Shown here: positions 23,621-37,616 of the stretch, piece by piece
How positions within the stretch are numbered: the first letter of the stretch is position 1
Layout of the letters: the number at the start of each line of letters is the position of its first letter
Assembly (NCBI GenBank): GCA_030390025.1
Contig: JASTWF010000048.1
Span: 1,054,001-1,118,000 of the forward strand
Origin: Squalus acanthias
Lineage: Eukaryota
DNA: 64,000 nt
Direction of reading: 5' to 3'
Made by a program: the position numbers and the translations under genes
Notes under the pieces: generated by a model
What the model was told of the DNA's origin: nothing
The model's database searches: none
What the model saw: only the letters and a program-made list of their open reading frames with translations

Positions 23621-26124
23621 GAGTAATTATATAGCACCTTTAATGTAGTAAACGTCGCAAGGCGCTCCACAGGAAAACAAAAATTAAAACCGAGCCACAT
23701 ATGGCAGATGACCAAAAGCTGGGTCAAAGAGATAGGTTGTAAGGAGCGCCTTAAAGGGCGAGGGAAAGGTAGAGAGGTTTAGGGAGGGAATTTCAGAGCT
23801 TAGGGGATAGGCAGGGCGGTTTCTGGTGGGGCGATTGAAATCGGGGATGCTCAAGAGGCCAGAATTGGATTGCATAGAAACATAGAAGATAGGAGCAGGA
23901 GTAGGCCATTCGGCCCCTCGAGCCTGCTCCGCCATTCGATGAGATCATGGCTGATCATCTAAACTCAGTACCCTGTACCTGCCTTCTCCCCATATCCCTT
24001 GATACCTTTAGCTTTAAGAAATATATCTAACTCATCCTTGAATATATTTAATGACTTCGCCTCAACTACCTTCTGTGACCACAGATATCTGGGAGGGTGG
24101 TGGGGCTGGAAGAGATTACAGAGATAGGATGGAGCTAGAACATGGAAGGATTTGAAAACATAGGAAAATAGAAACAGGAGGAGGCCATTCAGCACCTCGA
24201 GCCTGTTCAATGAGATCATGGCTGATCTGCGACATAACTCCACATAACCGCCTTTGGCACATATCAATTAATACCTTTGTTTAACAAAAAGCTACCAATC
24301 TCTGATTTAAAATTAACAGTTGATCTAGCACCAATTGCGTTTTGTGGAAGAGAGTTCCAAAATTCTACCACCCTTCTTATGTATTGAAGTGTTTCCTAAT
24401 TTCACTTCCGAAAGTTTCTGGCTCTAATTTTTTGACTTTTCACCCAGTCCTAGAATCCTCAACCAGCGGAAATAGTTTATCTCCATCTACCCTACCCGTT
24501 CCCCAGAATATCCAGAAAACTTTGATCAGATCACCCCTTAAACATTTAAATTCTAGGAAATGCAACCCTAATTTGTGTAATATCTCCTCTTAACTTAACA
24601 CTTGAAAGCCGGGTATCATCCTGGTAAAGCTATGCTGCACTCCCTAAAGGCCCATATATCGTTGCTAATATGTGGGGCCCAGAACTGCTCACAGTACTCC
24701 AGGTTTGGTCTAACCAGGGTTTTGTATAGCTGCAGCATAACATCTACCAACCTTGTATTCTACTCCTCTAGATATAAAGACCAGTATTCCATTCGCCTTT
24801 TTGATTATTTGCTGTACCTATTCATGATATTTTAATGATCTATATACCTGGAGACTTAAGTCTCTTTGGACCTCCACTTCTTTGAGCTTTGCACCGTTTA
24901 GAAAGTACCCTGTCTATCTTTTTTAGTTCCAAAGTGGATGACCGCACATTTTCCTACATCAAAATCATTTTGACACATTTTTGGCCCATTCACTTAATCT
25001 ATCAATGTCCCTTGGTCATTTTATACTTTCATCTACATTGCCCACAAGACCACCTAACTTTGTGTCATCGGCAAATTTGGATATATGACTTTCTATGTCA
25101 TCATCTAAGCCGTTAATAGATATTGTGAATAGTTGAGGCCCCAACACAGATCCCTGCGGGACACCATTAGTCACATCCTGCCAATTTGAGTATCTACCCA
25201 TTATCACTACACTCTGTCTCCTGCCGCTCAGCCAGTTTCCTAACCAGGTCAATAATTTACCCTCAATTCCATGGGCTTCTACCTTACTTAACAGGCTCTT
25301 ATTTTGAAATGCCTTCTGGAAGTCCATATAAATGACATCCATAGACATTCCCCTGTCCACTACTTTAGTCACCTCCTCAAAAAAATCAATCAAGTTTGTG
25401 AGGCATGACCTACCTTTCACAAATCCATGCAGGCTGTCTCTGATCAACTGAAAATTTTCGAGATGTTCAGTCACCCTATCCTTAATTAAAGACTCTACCA
25501 ATTTCCGAACAACTGATGTTAGGCTAACTGGTCTATAGTTCCCTGGTTTCCCTCTCTCGCCATTCCGAAAGAGCGGGGTGACATGCACAATTTTCCAATC
25601 TAAATGAACGGTTCCTGAATCGAGAGAAATTTGGAAGATTAAAATTCGGAAATCTGCAATGTGCTCACCTACTTCCTTTAAACTCTGGGATGGAAACCAT
25701 CTGATCCTGGGGATTTATCACTCTTCAGTGCCATTATTTTCTGCATTACTATTATTTTACATTCTTTAATTTTATTGAGTCCCTGTCCCTGATTCAATAT
25801 TATTTTCCTTGGGATAACCGGCATGCTATCCTCTTCTTCTATTGATGCAAAGTAATTATTCAACATGTCCGTCATTTCCTCATTATCATTGATACTAACA
25901 CCGCTTTCAGTTTTTAAGGGGCCAACGTTGTTCCTGACTACCTTCTTTTCCCCAATGTAATTGTAAAAATTATTTGTATTGATTTTGATATCACTTGCAA
26001 GTTTATTTTCATACTCCCTTTCTGTAGCTCCTACTATCTGTTTTGTGACCCTTTCCTGTTCTTTGTATCTTTCCCATTCACCAGGATCTATGCTACTTGT
26101 GTATGCTTTTTCTTTTAGTTTAAT

Positions 26125-27285
26125 GCATAAGAGATTAGCGTGCAAAGTTAAAGCACATGGGATTGGGGGTTTGGTACTGACTTGGATAGAAAACTGGTTG
26201 GCAGACAGGAAGGAAAGAGTTGGAATAAACGGGTCTTTCTCCGAGTGGCAGGCAGTGACAAGTGGGGTACCGCAGGGATCGGTGCTAAGACCCCAGTTAT
26301 TCACAATATATATTAATGATCTAGACGAGGGAACTAGAAGTAATATCTCCAAGTTTGCAGACGACACAAAGCTGGGTGGGCGTGTGTGCTGTGAGGAGGA
26401 TGCAGAGAAACTCCAGTATGATTTAGACAGGTTGGGTGATTGGGCAGATGCATGGCAGATGCAGCATAATGTGGATTAATGCGAGGTTATCCGCTTTGGT
26501 GGCAAAAACAGGAAGGCAGATTATTATCTGAACGGCAACAGATTGGGAAAAGGGGGAAATGAAACGAGACCTGGGTGTCTTCGTGCACCGGTTGCTGAAG
26601 GTAAGCATTCAGGGCAGCAGGCGGTTAAGAAGGCAAATGGTATGTTGGCCTTCATAGCGAGAGGATTCGAGTAAAGGAGCAAGGATGTCTTGCTGCAGTT
26701 GTACAGGGCCTTGGTGAGACCACACCTTGAATATTGTGTGCAGTTTTGGTCGCCTTATCTGAGGAAGGATGTTCTTGCCATGGAGGGAGTGCAGCGAAGA
26801 TTCACCAAACTGATACGTGGGATGGCAGGAATGACGTATGAAGAGAGATTGGGTGGATTAGGCTTATATTCGCTAGAGTTTAGAAGAATGCGAGGGGATC
26901 TCATTGAAACTTATAAAATTCTAACAGGACTAGACATACTAGATGCAAGAAGGCTGTTCCCGATGGCGGGGGCGTCCAGAACCAGGGTTCACAGTCTAAG
27001 GATAAGGGGTAAGCCATTTAGGACTGAGATGAGGAGGAATGTCTTTACCCAGAGAGTGGTGAAACTGTGTAATTCTCTACCACAGGAGGCAGTTGAGGCC
27101 AATTCATTAAATATATTCAAGAAGGAGTTAGATATATTTCTTAAGGCTAAAGGGACCAGGGGATATGGGAAGAAAGCAGGGGCAGGGTACTGAATTTGAA
27201 TGATCAGCTATGATCGCATTGAATGGCGGAGCAGGCTCGAGGTAGCCGAATGGCCTACTCCTGCACCTATCTTCTATGTTTCAAT
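26125..27285 (+). mobile_element. 5'-truncated CR1 LINE
   Basis: ORFs 25979-26479 (FADD) and 26690-27193; tail ttctatgttt. Confidence 0.9.
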
Positions 27286-27765
27286 GCTGTCCCTTACCTC
27301 TTTAGTCGTCCCTGGCTTGTTTGTTTTGGCAAGGCGAGCTCTTGCTCCTCAGTGGTATAAAGAGGTTCTGTAGCGGATTAAATTATTTTTTGAACATCTC
27401 CCACTGATCTGTCGTTTTACCCATTATAACAGATTTGCCAAGTTTACTGTGGACAGTCTGTGTCTCTCATCCCGTTGAAGTCGGCCTTACCTCAGTTTAG
27501 AATCTTAATAACTGTTTTGCTTTTCTCCCTTTCAAACACTACGTTGCACTCGATCATGCTGTGATCGCTATTGGATAAATGGTCACGTGCAGTTAGGCTG
27601 TTAACTAAATTTGGCTCACTACACATTATTAAATCTAATATGGCATGGCCACTTGTTCCATCTCGGACATATTGTTGTAGAAAACTACCCCGCACACACT
27701 CAATATTCATCTGCTTATCTCAGTCTATATGAAAGTTTAAATCCCCCATTAAAACCATTCTGCCT

Positions 27766-28663
27766 TGTACGAAAGGCTGATATTTAGAGATATTTAGTGG
27801 ACGAGAATCATATATGTATAAATTCAAGTGTAGCCATTGACCAAATAATATTACCCATAATTCCTTCTGGGTAACTGTAAAGCTAAGACTTGTTCAAAAT
27901 GCAGCTGCGACAGAAAAAGCAGTTTTGACTAAGTTTTGATATAAAAAAACAGCTACAGGCTGCAAGGGAAGGTCAAATCATTAAATAATATATTATACTG
28001 CTGAATAGAACTTAGAATTCGCTTACCAAAACTAATTGCAACGATATTTAAAAAAATATTAGCATAAGGAGATAAAATGAGAGAGATCATGGAGATAAGG
28101 TATTTATCTGGTAGATTAAAGTGAGATAGTTTGGATACCTAAAGACTAGTGAAACAGCGCTGATATGGGCCCTTGGTATAAAGGCCTTGTAGCAGGGAAG
28201 CTAGAAATGAAAGAGATAAAGTAAATTCCAATGGGGTGAAAAACTATAAAGAAGATAACACTGAACATGGCAAAGTTGGTGGAAAAATACTGGAAAGGCG
28301 GGATGCTACCTTAGTCTGAGTGACAGTGGTATTTTTACCATTAGAAGCAATTTAAAAAGGTGATTTTGTTAAAGACCATATACGGACACTGGCCAAACCA
28401 ACTTTTGATAAGAAAAGGGTTAAAACCGCGATACTCAAAGAACAGCTTTACACAGACGAGAACAAAGGAACAGACTTAAGACGACGTCATCTGTGTCCGA
28501 GAGATTCCAGAGACCTAGGGCTGCGAGCTCATCGTTAAAACTATCGCCTTATATTAAGTATATTACGCTGTAAGCTTAATAAATCTTGATCTATTGCTCA
28601 AACATACTGGCTGCTGCCTATTGGTGTCTTGTCCAAGAACTCAGAGATCATTAAGATCTTATA
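27766..28663 (+). mobile_element. Solo LTR (898 bp)
   Basis: Begins TGTACGA and ends TCTTATA (imperfect TG..CA terminal repeat); 4-bp TSD GCCT at 27762-27765 and 28664-28667; AATAAA at 28578; removing it rejoins the host CR1. Confidence 0.75.
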
Positions 28664-29924
28664 GCCTTTAATACACGCTTGTCTAATCTTCCATTTATAC
28701 AATCTATCATTTCACAGCTGCTACCAGGGGTCCTATACACATTTCCCGCTACAGTCTTAAATCCTTTCCTATTTCTTAATTCTACCCATAAAGTCTTCAC
28801 TGGCTGCTTACCTCTCTTTATATCCTCTGTTATCATTGAATTGATTTCATCCTTAATCACTAAGGCTACTCCTCCCCCTCTACCTTTATCCCTACCTTTC
28901 CTGTAGAACTTATAACCTGATATATTTATTTCACAGTCCTGACCGTCCTGCAACTATGTCTCAGTAATGGCTACCTTGTCATACCCTCCAATTTGAATTC
29001 ATGCCTGCAGTTCATTCAATTTATTCCTTATACTCCGTGTGTTTGTATAAAGAACGCTTATTTGGGCAACACAACCTACATTGTCCTTCAGCTCTAATGT
29101 TGTAATGACATGTTTCTTATTTCTCTCTCCTGGTTTAATCACTTTATGTCTTTTAGTTTTCCTTTTACCTGTATTGCCTAAAGCGCAACTTCTGACTGGT
29201 ACTCTACTCTCTTCCCTTTCGTTTGTTTTTGAACTACTATTTGTACTACAATTTCCACCTGAGCCTTCCTCCCCATTTACTAGTTTAAAGTCCTTGTGAT
29301 CGCCCTATTTACCCTTTCCGCTAGGGCCCTGGTCCCAGCCTAGTTCAGGTGAAGATCGTCCCAACGGTATATGTGCTTCCTGTCCCAATACTGGTGCCAG
29401 TGCCCAATGAAATAGAACCCATCTTTCCCACACCACTAATTTAGCCATCTTATCCCTACGCCAATTTGTACGTGGCTGAGGTAATGAGCCCGAGGTTATG
29501 ACCCTTGAGGTCCTGTTCTTTAATTTAGCTCCTAATTCCTGGTACTCCCCAAACAGGAAGTATTGGTCTTGGATGAGAGTTTTAAAATTGAAGCGTTGCT
29601 TAATCGGGAGCCAATGTAGGTCAGCGAGCACAGGGGTAATGGGTTAACAGGACTTGGTGCGAGTTAGGACACGGGCAGTAGAGCTTTGGATGACTTCAAG
29701 TTTATGTAAGGTAGAACTTGGGAGGCCAGCCAGGAGTGCGTTGCTTTAGATTATGAGGAGAGATTACCATCAACATCCTGGCGGGTCACCATTGACCAGA
29801 AACTTAACTGTCCAGTCACATAAATAATGTGACCAACAAGAGCAGGTCAGAGGCTGGGTATTCTGCGGCGAGTGTCTCACCTCCTGACTCCCCAAAGCCT
29901 TTCCACCATCTACAATGCACCAGT

Positions 29925-32900
29925 AAGGAATAGAGAGAACAGGATAGTGAGATTGAATACGTGGCTTGAGCAGTGGTGCAGGAGGGAGGGATTCAAATTC
30001 CTGAGGCATTGGAACCAGTTCTGGGGGAAGTGGGACCTGTACAAAAGGGACGGTCTGCACTTGGGCAGGACTGGAACCGATGTCCTCGGGGTAATATTTG
30101 CTAAAGCAGTTCGGGAGGATTTAAACTAATATGGCAGGGGAATGGGAACCTATGTAGCGAAACAGGGGGAAGTAATATGCAGTCAGAAACAAATGTTAGA
30201 AGGGTGAGAAACAATAGGGGAAGGCCGAGTAAACAAAGGCAAGAAACACAAAGGGCCATACTAAATCATAAGTCTAAAAGGACAAAGGATGTTAATAAAA
30301 CAAGCCTAAAGGCTCTGTGTCTTAATGCAAGGAGTATCCGTAATAAGGTGGATGAATTGACTGTGCAAATAGATGTTAACGGATACGATGTGATTGGGAT
30401 TACAGAGACGTGGCTCCAGAACAATCAAGGCTGGGAACTGAACATCCAGGGGTATTCAACATTCAGAAAGGATAGAATAAAAGGAAAAGAGGGTGGGGTA
30501 GCATTGCTGGTTAAAGAGGAGATTAATGCAATAGCTAGGAAGGACATCAGCTTGGAGGATGTGGAATCAATATGGGTTGAGCTGCAGAACACCAAAGGGC
30601 AGAAAACGTTAGTGGGAGTTGTGTACAGACCTCCAAACAGCAGTAGTGAGGTGGGGGAGGGTATGAAACAGGAAATCAGAGGTGCGTGCAAAAAAGGCAC
30701 GGCAGTTATCATGGGTGACTTTAATATGCATATAGATTGGGCTACTCAAACTGGAAGCAATACGGTGGAGGAGGATTTCCTGGAGTGTTTAAGGGATGGT
30801 TTCCTAAACCAATATGTTGAGGAACCAACTCGAGGGGAGGCCATCCTGGACTGGGTGTTGTGTAATGAGGAGGGACTAATCAGCAATCTTGTGGTACGAG
30901 GCCCCCTGGGGAAGAGTGACCATAGTATGGTGGAGTTCTACATTAGGATGGAGAAGGAAACAGTTAAGTCAGAGACCATGGTCCAGAACTTAAATAAGGG
31001 CAACTTTGAGGGTATGAGGCGTGAATTGGCGAGGTTAAATTGGCAAGCGATATTTAAGGGGCTATCAGTGGAAGGGCAATGGCAGACATTTAGAGATCGC
31101 ATGGATGAACTACAACAATTGTACATCCCGGTCTGGCGTAAAAATAAAAAAGGGAAGGTGGCTCAACCATGGCTAACAAGGGAAATCAGGGATAGTATTA
31201 AAACCAAGGAAGTTGCATACAAATTGGCCAGAAGTAGCAGCAAACCCGGGGACTGGGAGAACTTCAAAACTCAGCAGAGGAGGACGAAGGGTTTGATTAG
31301 GGCAGGGAAAATAAAATATGAAAGGAAGCTTGCAGAGAACATTAAAATGGACTGCAAAAGCTTCTATAAATATGTAAAAAGAAAGAGGTTAGTAAAAACA
31401 AACGTAGGTCCCCTGCAGTCGGAAACAGGGGAAGTCGTTATGGGGAACAAGGAAATGGCTGATCAATTGAACAAGTACTTTGGTTCGGTGTTTACTGTGG
31501 AGGACACATACAACCTGCCGGAAATAAAAGGGGTCAGAGGATCTGGTAAGAGGGAGGAGCTGAGGGAAATCCTTATTAGTCGGGAAAAGGTATTGGGGAA
31601 ATTGATGGGACTGAAGGCTGAAAAATCCCCGGGGCCTGATGGTCTGCATCCCAGAGTACTTAAGGAGGTGGCCTTGGAAATAGTGGATGCATTGACGATC
31701 ATTTTCCAACATTCCTTAGACTCTGGATCAGTTCCGATGGAGTGGAGGGTGGCCAATGTAACCCCTCTTTTTAAAAAAGGAGGGAGGGAGAAAGCAGGGA
31801 ATTATAGACCGGTCAGCCTGACATCGGTCGTGGGTAAAATGATGGAAGCAATTATTAAAGATGTCATAACAGACCATTTGGAAAGTGGTGACATGATAGG
31901 TCCAAGTCAGCATGGATTTGTGAAAGGGAAATCATGCTTGACAAATCTTCTGGAATTTTTTGAGGATGTTTCCAATAGGGTGGACAGGGGGGAACCAGTA
32001 GATGTGGTGTATTTGGACTTTCAGAAGGCCTTCGACAAGGTCCCACACAAGAGATTGGTGAGCAAAGTTAAAGCACATGGGATTGGGGGTAATGTGTTGA
32101 CGTGGATTGAGAACTGGTTGGCACACAGGAAACAAAGAGTAGGAGTAAATGGGTACTTTTTAGAATGGCAGGCAGTGACCAGCGGGGTACCGCAGGGTTC
32201 GGTGCTGGGACCCCAGCTGTTTACATTATATATTAATGATTTGGACGAAGGGATTAAATGTAATATCTCCAAATTTGCGGATGACACTAAATTGGGAGGC
32301 AGTGTGAACAATGAGGAGGATGCTAGGAGGCTACAGAGTGACTTGGACAGGTTGGGTGAATGGGCAAATGTATGGCAGATGAAGTACAATGTGGATAAAT
32401 GTGAGGTTATCCACTTTGGTGGTAAAAATAGAGAGGCGGACTATTACCTGAATGGTGGCAGATTAGGGAAAGGGGACGTGCAACGAGACCTGGGCGTCAT
32501 GGTACATCAGTCACTGAAGGTGGGAATGCAAGTGCAGCAGGCAGTCAAGAAAGCAAACGGAATGATGGCCTTCATAGCAAGGGGATTTGAGTACAGGAGT
32601 AGGGAGGTGATGCTACAGTTGTACAGGGCCTTGGTGAGGCCACACCTGGAGTATTGTGCGCAGTTTTGGTCTCCTAACTTAAGGAAGGACATTCTTGCTA
32701 TTAAGGGAGTGCAGCGAAGGTTCACTAGATTGATTCCTGGGATGGCCGGACTGACATATCAAGAAAGATTGGGTCAACTGAACTTGTATCCTCTGGAGTT
32801 CAGAAGAATGAGGGGGGATCTTATAGAGACATTTAAAATCCTGACTGGTTTAGACAAATTAGATGCGGGCAGAATGTTCCCAATGGTAGGGATAACTAGA

Positions 32901-33212
32901 ACCAGGGGTCACAGTTTAAGGATTAAGGGGAAGCCATTTAGGACTGAGCTGAGGAGGAACTTCTTCACCCAGAGAGTGGTGAATCTATGGAATTCTCTTC
33001 CACAGAAGGTTGTTGAGGCCAGTTCGCTAAATATATTCAAAAGGGAGTTAGATATAACACTCACAACTAAGGGGATCAAGGGGTATGGCGAGAAAGCAGG
33101 AATGGGGTACTGAGGTAGCATGTTCAGCCATGAACGCATTGAATGGCGGTGCAGGCTCGAAGGACCGAATGGTCTACTCCTGTACCTATTTTCTATGTTT
33201 CTATGTTTCTAT
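29925..33212 (+). mobile_element. Young CR1 LINE: ORF1 C-terminus plus uninterrupted 978-aa ORF2 (30177-33113)
   Basis: ORF1 tail LYKRDGLHL; ORF2 with full APE and RT motifs; (ttctatgt)n tail; inserted in another LINE. Confidence 0.97.
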
Positions 33213-35696
33213 GTTATGGAATACCCTTCACTTGCCTGGATGAGCGCAGCTCCAACAACACTCAAGAAGCTCGACACCATCCAGGACAAAGCTTGATTGG
33301 TACCCCATCTACCACCTTAAACATTCACTCCCTCCACCACCGGCGTACCGTGGCTGCAGTGTGTACCATCTACAAGATGCACTGCAGCAACCATCCAAGG
33401 CTTCTTCGGCAGCACCTCCTAAACCCGCGACCTCTTCCACCTAGAAGGACAAGTGCAGTAGGCGCATGGGAACACCACCACCTCCAAGTCACACACCATC
33501 CTGACTAGGAAATATATCGCAGTTCCTTCATTGTCGCTGGGTCAAAATCATGGAACTACATCCCTAACAGCACTGTGGGAGCACCATCACCACACAGACT
33601 GGGGTGTTTCAAGAAGGCGGCTCACCACCACCTTATGAATGGCAATTAGGGATGGGCAATAACGGCTGGCCTTGCTAGCGACGCCCACATCCCAAAAAAC
33701 AATAAAAACATTACATAAACTAAGCTTGTATTCCCGAAAATATAGGTGATTTGATTGAATTTTTTAGGATTTTGAAAGAGATTAATGGATAGAGAGATAC
33801 TTTTTCTGCTACTGGGGGAGTGTAGGTCAAAGGGGACGTAATCTTAAAATCAGAGCCAGGCCATTGAGGAGAGAGGTTAGGAAACATTTCTTCTCGCAAA
33901 GGGTGGTACAAGTGTGCAAGTCTCTCCCACAAAATTCAGTAGACGATCGCTTAATTACTAATTATAAATCTGAGAGCGATAGATTTTTGCTAGTAAAGGG
34001 TGTTAATGGACATGGAGTCAAGGCAGCTAAATGGATTTAGGATACAGATCAACAGTGATCTCACCTCACTGAATAACGGAACATGCTTGAGGGGATGAAT
34101 GGCCTATTCCTGTTCCATGTTGCCACTCTCCTCGTGTTATATTTCAGCAACCTATCTGATTGCATTCTTTTGAATTTCCCTGGCGTGAAAGTCCGGATTG
34201 GCAGATATTGTTAAACAGGGCACGTCTGGGAAAATTTCTAAATCACACACACACACATCATTATGCCTCTTAAAGCGAATCCCACAAATTATCAATTGCA
34301 CGTGTAACCAGGCAACCAGTTTTTTCTTTATCTTAAAGGGATTTTATTTCCTACTTTTAAATTCGGCCCAACATGTCCATGCAGGCGTTTGTCCTCCACA
34401 GGAGCCTCTTCCTTCTCTGCTTCATCTAAGTTTATCAGCATATCCTTCTCTTCCTTTGTTCCTCGTGTATTTAACTAGTTTCCACTTAAATGCATCTATA
34501 CTATTCGCCTCAATTACTCCATATTCTAACCATTCTCTGAGTAATAACATTTCTCCTGAATTCCCTATTGGATTTATTGGTTAGCATTTTATATTTATGC
34601 ATCCTCGTTTTAACAAGGTGGTCACACCGCAGGTAAACAGTGCACAGGCAGACAGGGAATGGGTGACCGCCAGGCAGAGTAAAAGAACAAGGAAGGTAGT
34701 GCAGAAGTCCCCTGGGTCCATCTCCCTCTCCGACAGATTTTCTGTTTTGCATACTGATGGGGGAGATGGTTTCTCAAGGGAATGCAGCAAGAGCCAGGTC
34801 CGTGGCACTACGAGTGGCTCAGCTGCACAGGAGGGAAGGAAAAAGAGTTGGAGAGCAATAGTGATAGGGGATTCTATCGTAAGGGGAACAGATAGACGTT
34901 TCTGTGGCCGCAGACGTGACTCCAGGATGCTATGTTGCCTCCCTGGTGCCAGGGTCAAGGATGTCACTGAACGGCTGCAGGGCATTCTGAAGGGGGAGGG
35001 CGAACAGTCAGATGTCGTGGTTCACATTGGTACCAACGACATGGGTAGAAAGAAGGATGACATCCTGCAACAAGAATTTAGGGAGCTAGGTAGCAGATTA
35101 AAAAGCAGGACCTCAAAGGTTGTAATCTCTGGATTACTCCCGGTGCCACGTGCTAGTGAGTATAGGAATAGGAGGATAGAGCAGATGAATGCGTGGCTAA
35201 AGAATTGTTGCAGGAGGGAGGGCTTTAGTTTCCTGTATAACTGGGTCTGCTTCTGGGGAAGGTGGGACCTGTACAAGTCGGACGGGTTGCACCTGAACCG
35301 GAACGGGACCAACATCCTTGTGTGGAGATTTGCCAGTACTGTTGTGGGGGGTGGTTAAAATAACTTGGCAGGGGGATGGGATACGGAGTGGAGCTATAGT
35401 AGGGGGTGATGCACAGCCAAATATAGAGGAATAAACAAGTCAGCCTGAAAGGCAGAGCAAATATGTAATGGCACAAGGGTGTATGGCATGGCTGGATAGC
35501 ATTTATTTTAATGCAAGGAGTCTTTCGATTAAGGTCGATGAATTGAAGGTGCTGATGAACACATGGGAGTAAGATATTGTTGTTATCACAGAGACATGGT
35601 TGAGGGAGGGGCAGGACTGGCAGCTCAATATTCCGGGGTATGGAATCTTCAGGCGAGACAGAGGGGGTTGTAAAAGATGAGGGGGTGTCGCAATAT

Positions 35697-36004
35697 GGCA
35701 ACACGGTGGCATAGTAGTTAGCACTGTTGCCTCACAGCACCAGGGACCCGGGTTCGAATCCGGCCTCGGGTGACTGTCTGTGTGGAGTTTTCTCATTCTC
35801 CCCGTGTCTGCGTGGGTTTCCTCCGGGTGCTCCGGTTTCCTCCCACAGTCCAAAGATGTGCGGGTTAGGTTGATTTGGCTATGATAAATTGACCCTTAGT
35901 GTTAGGGGATTAAATACGTGGGGTTACGGGGATAGGGTTGGAAATGTGTCGGTGCAGGCTCGATGGACCAAAATGGTCTCTATCTGCACTGTGGGAATTC
36001 TGTG
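35697..36004 (+). mobile_element. V-SINE (HE1-like tRNA-derived SINE)
   Basis: Pol III A and B boxes, V-domain core gtgggtttcctccgggtgctccggtttcctccc; TSD AATAT at 35692-35696 and 36005-36009. Confidence 0.9.
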
Positions 36005-37390
36005 AATATTAATCAAGGCGTCAATTATTGCTGTAAGGAGGGATGATATCTTAGCAGGTTCCTCTAATGAGGCAATATGGGTAGAACTTAAAAACAAAAA
36101 GGGGGCAAGTACTTTGTTGGGAGTGTACTATAGGCCCCCAAACAGTCAGGGGGAGATAGAGCAACAGATATGTAGGCAAATCTCAGAAAAGTGTAGAAAA
36201 AATAGCGTATTAATAGTAGGGGATTTCAACTTCCCCCATATTAACTGGGATAATCAGAGTGTGAAAGGCTTAGAGGGTGCGGAATTCTTAAAGTGCATCC
36301 AGGAGAGCTTTTTGAGCCAGCATGTAGAAATTCCTACAAGAGAGGGGGCGGTACTGGACCTACTTCTAGGGAATGTAGCCGGGCAAGTGGTAGAAGGAGA
36401 GCATTTTGGTGACAGTGGCATAATTCGGTGAGATTTAAGGTCGTCATGGAAAAGGACAAAGATGGACCGGAAACAAAGGTTCGAAATTGGGGGAAGGCAG
36501 ATTTTAATGTGATAAGGCAGGATCTGACCAAAGTGGACTGGGATCAGCTACTTGTAGGGAAATCCACATCAGATCAGTGGGAGTCTTTCAGAAAGGAAAC
36601 AGAGAGAGTACAACGGCAACATGTTCTAGTAAAGGTCAAGGGTGGGACCAACAAGCCCAGGGAACCCTGGATGTCAAGGGATATACGAGAATGGATTAGC
36701 AAAAAAAGGGAGGCTTTTGGCAGATACAAAGGTCTAAAAACACGGGAAGCCTTAGAGGAGTGTAGAAAGTGCAGGGGGGTATATAAAAAAGAAATTAGGA
36801 GAGCGAAGAGGGGGCATGAAATAACACTGGCGAGCAAAATAAAGGATAATCCCAAGGTGTTTTATAAGTATATTAAGGGCAAGAGGATAACCAGGGAAAG
36901 AGTAGGGCCCATTAGGGATCAAGGTGGCAATCTGTGTGTAGAGCCAGAAGATTTAGGTGGGGTTTTAAATAAATATTTTGCATCTGTGTTCACTATGGAG
37001 AAGGACGATGTAGGCATATAAATCAGACAGGGGGATTGTGATATACTTGAACACATTAGTATTGAGAGGGAGGAGGTACTAGCGGTTTTAGTGGGCTTAA
37101 AAGTGGATAAATCCCCAGCCCAGACGAGATGTATCCCAGGCTGCAATGTGAGGCAAGGGTGGAGATTGCAGGGGATCTGACACAAATTTTCAGAACATCT
37201 ATGGCCACAGGGGAGGTGCCAAGAAACTGGAGAACAGCTAACGTAGTACCATTATTCAAGAAGTGTAGTAGGGATAAACCAATGAATTACAGGCCAGTGA
37301 ACCTAACATCAGTGGTAGGGAAATTATTGGAAAAAATTCTGAGGGACAGAATTAGTCTCTACTTAGAGAGGCAAGGATTAATCAAGGATA

Positions 37391-37616
37391 AAAATGAGAA
37401 GTCGCACAACACCAGGTTATAGTCCAACAGATTTATTTAATTTTACAAGCTTTCGGAGCTGTCGCTCCTTCCTGAGGTAAGTTAGCTAACTTACCTGAGG
37501 AAGGAGCGACAGCTCCGAAAGCTTGTAAAATTAAATAAATCTGTTGGACTATAACCTGGTGTTGTGCGACTTCTCATTTTTGTCCACCCCAGTCCAACGC
37601 CGGCATCTCCACATCA
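37391..37616. mobile_element. Palindromic Penelope-derived insertion
   Basis: 190-nt near-perfect hairpin at 37391-37580 plus a short tail; 12-bp TSD TAATCAAGGATA. Confidence 0.85.
37491..37528 (+). ncRNA. Minimal type I hammerhead ribozyme motif
   Basis: ttac-CTGAGGA-a-ggagc-gaca-gctcc-GAAA-gc-TT-gtaa: intact core, stems I and II, palindromic stem III. Confidence 0.75.

Larger units (their letters stand above)
24155..29535 (-). mobile_element. Long decayed CR1 LINE interrupted by a plus-strand CR1 (26125-27285) and a solo LTR (27766-28663)
   Basis: Collinear RT (25016-25588), linker (25678-26120), endonuclease (27492-27710, 28651-28953) and ORF1 remnants (~29300-29530). Confidence 0.85.

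Noticed and set aside
25678-26479. Overlapping antiparallel ORFs suggesting a bidirectional gene
   Set aside because: Junction of two oppositely oriented CR1 copies
35697-35770. tRNA gene
   Set aside because: tRNA-derived head of a V-SINE, with V-domain and TSD
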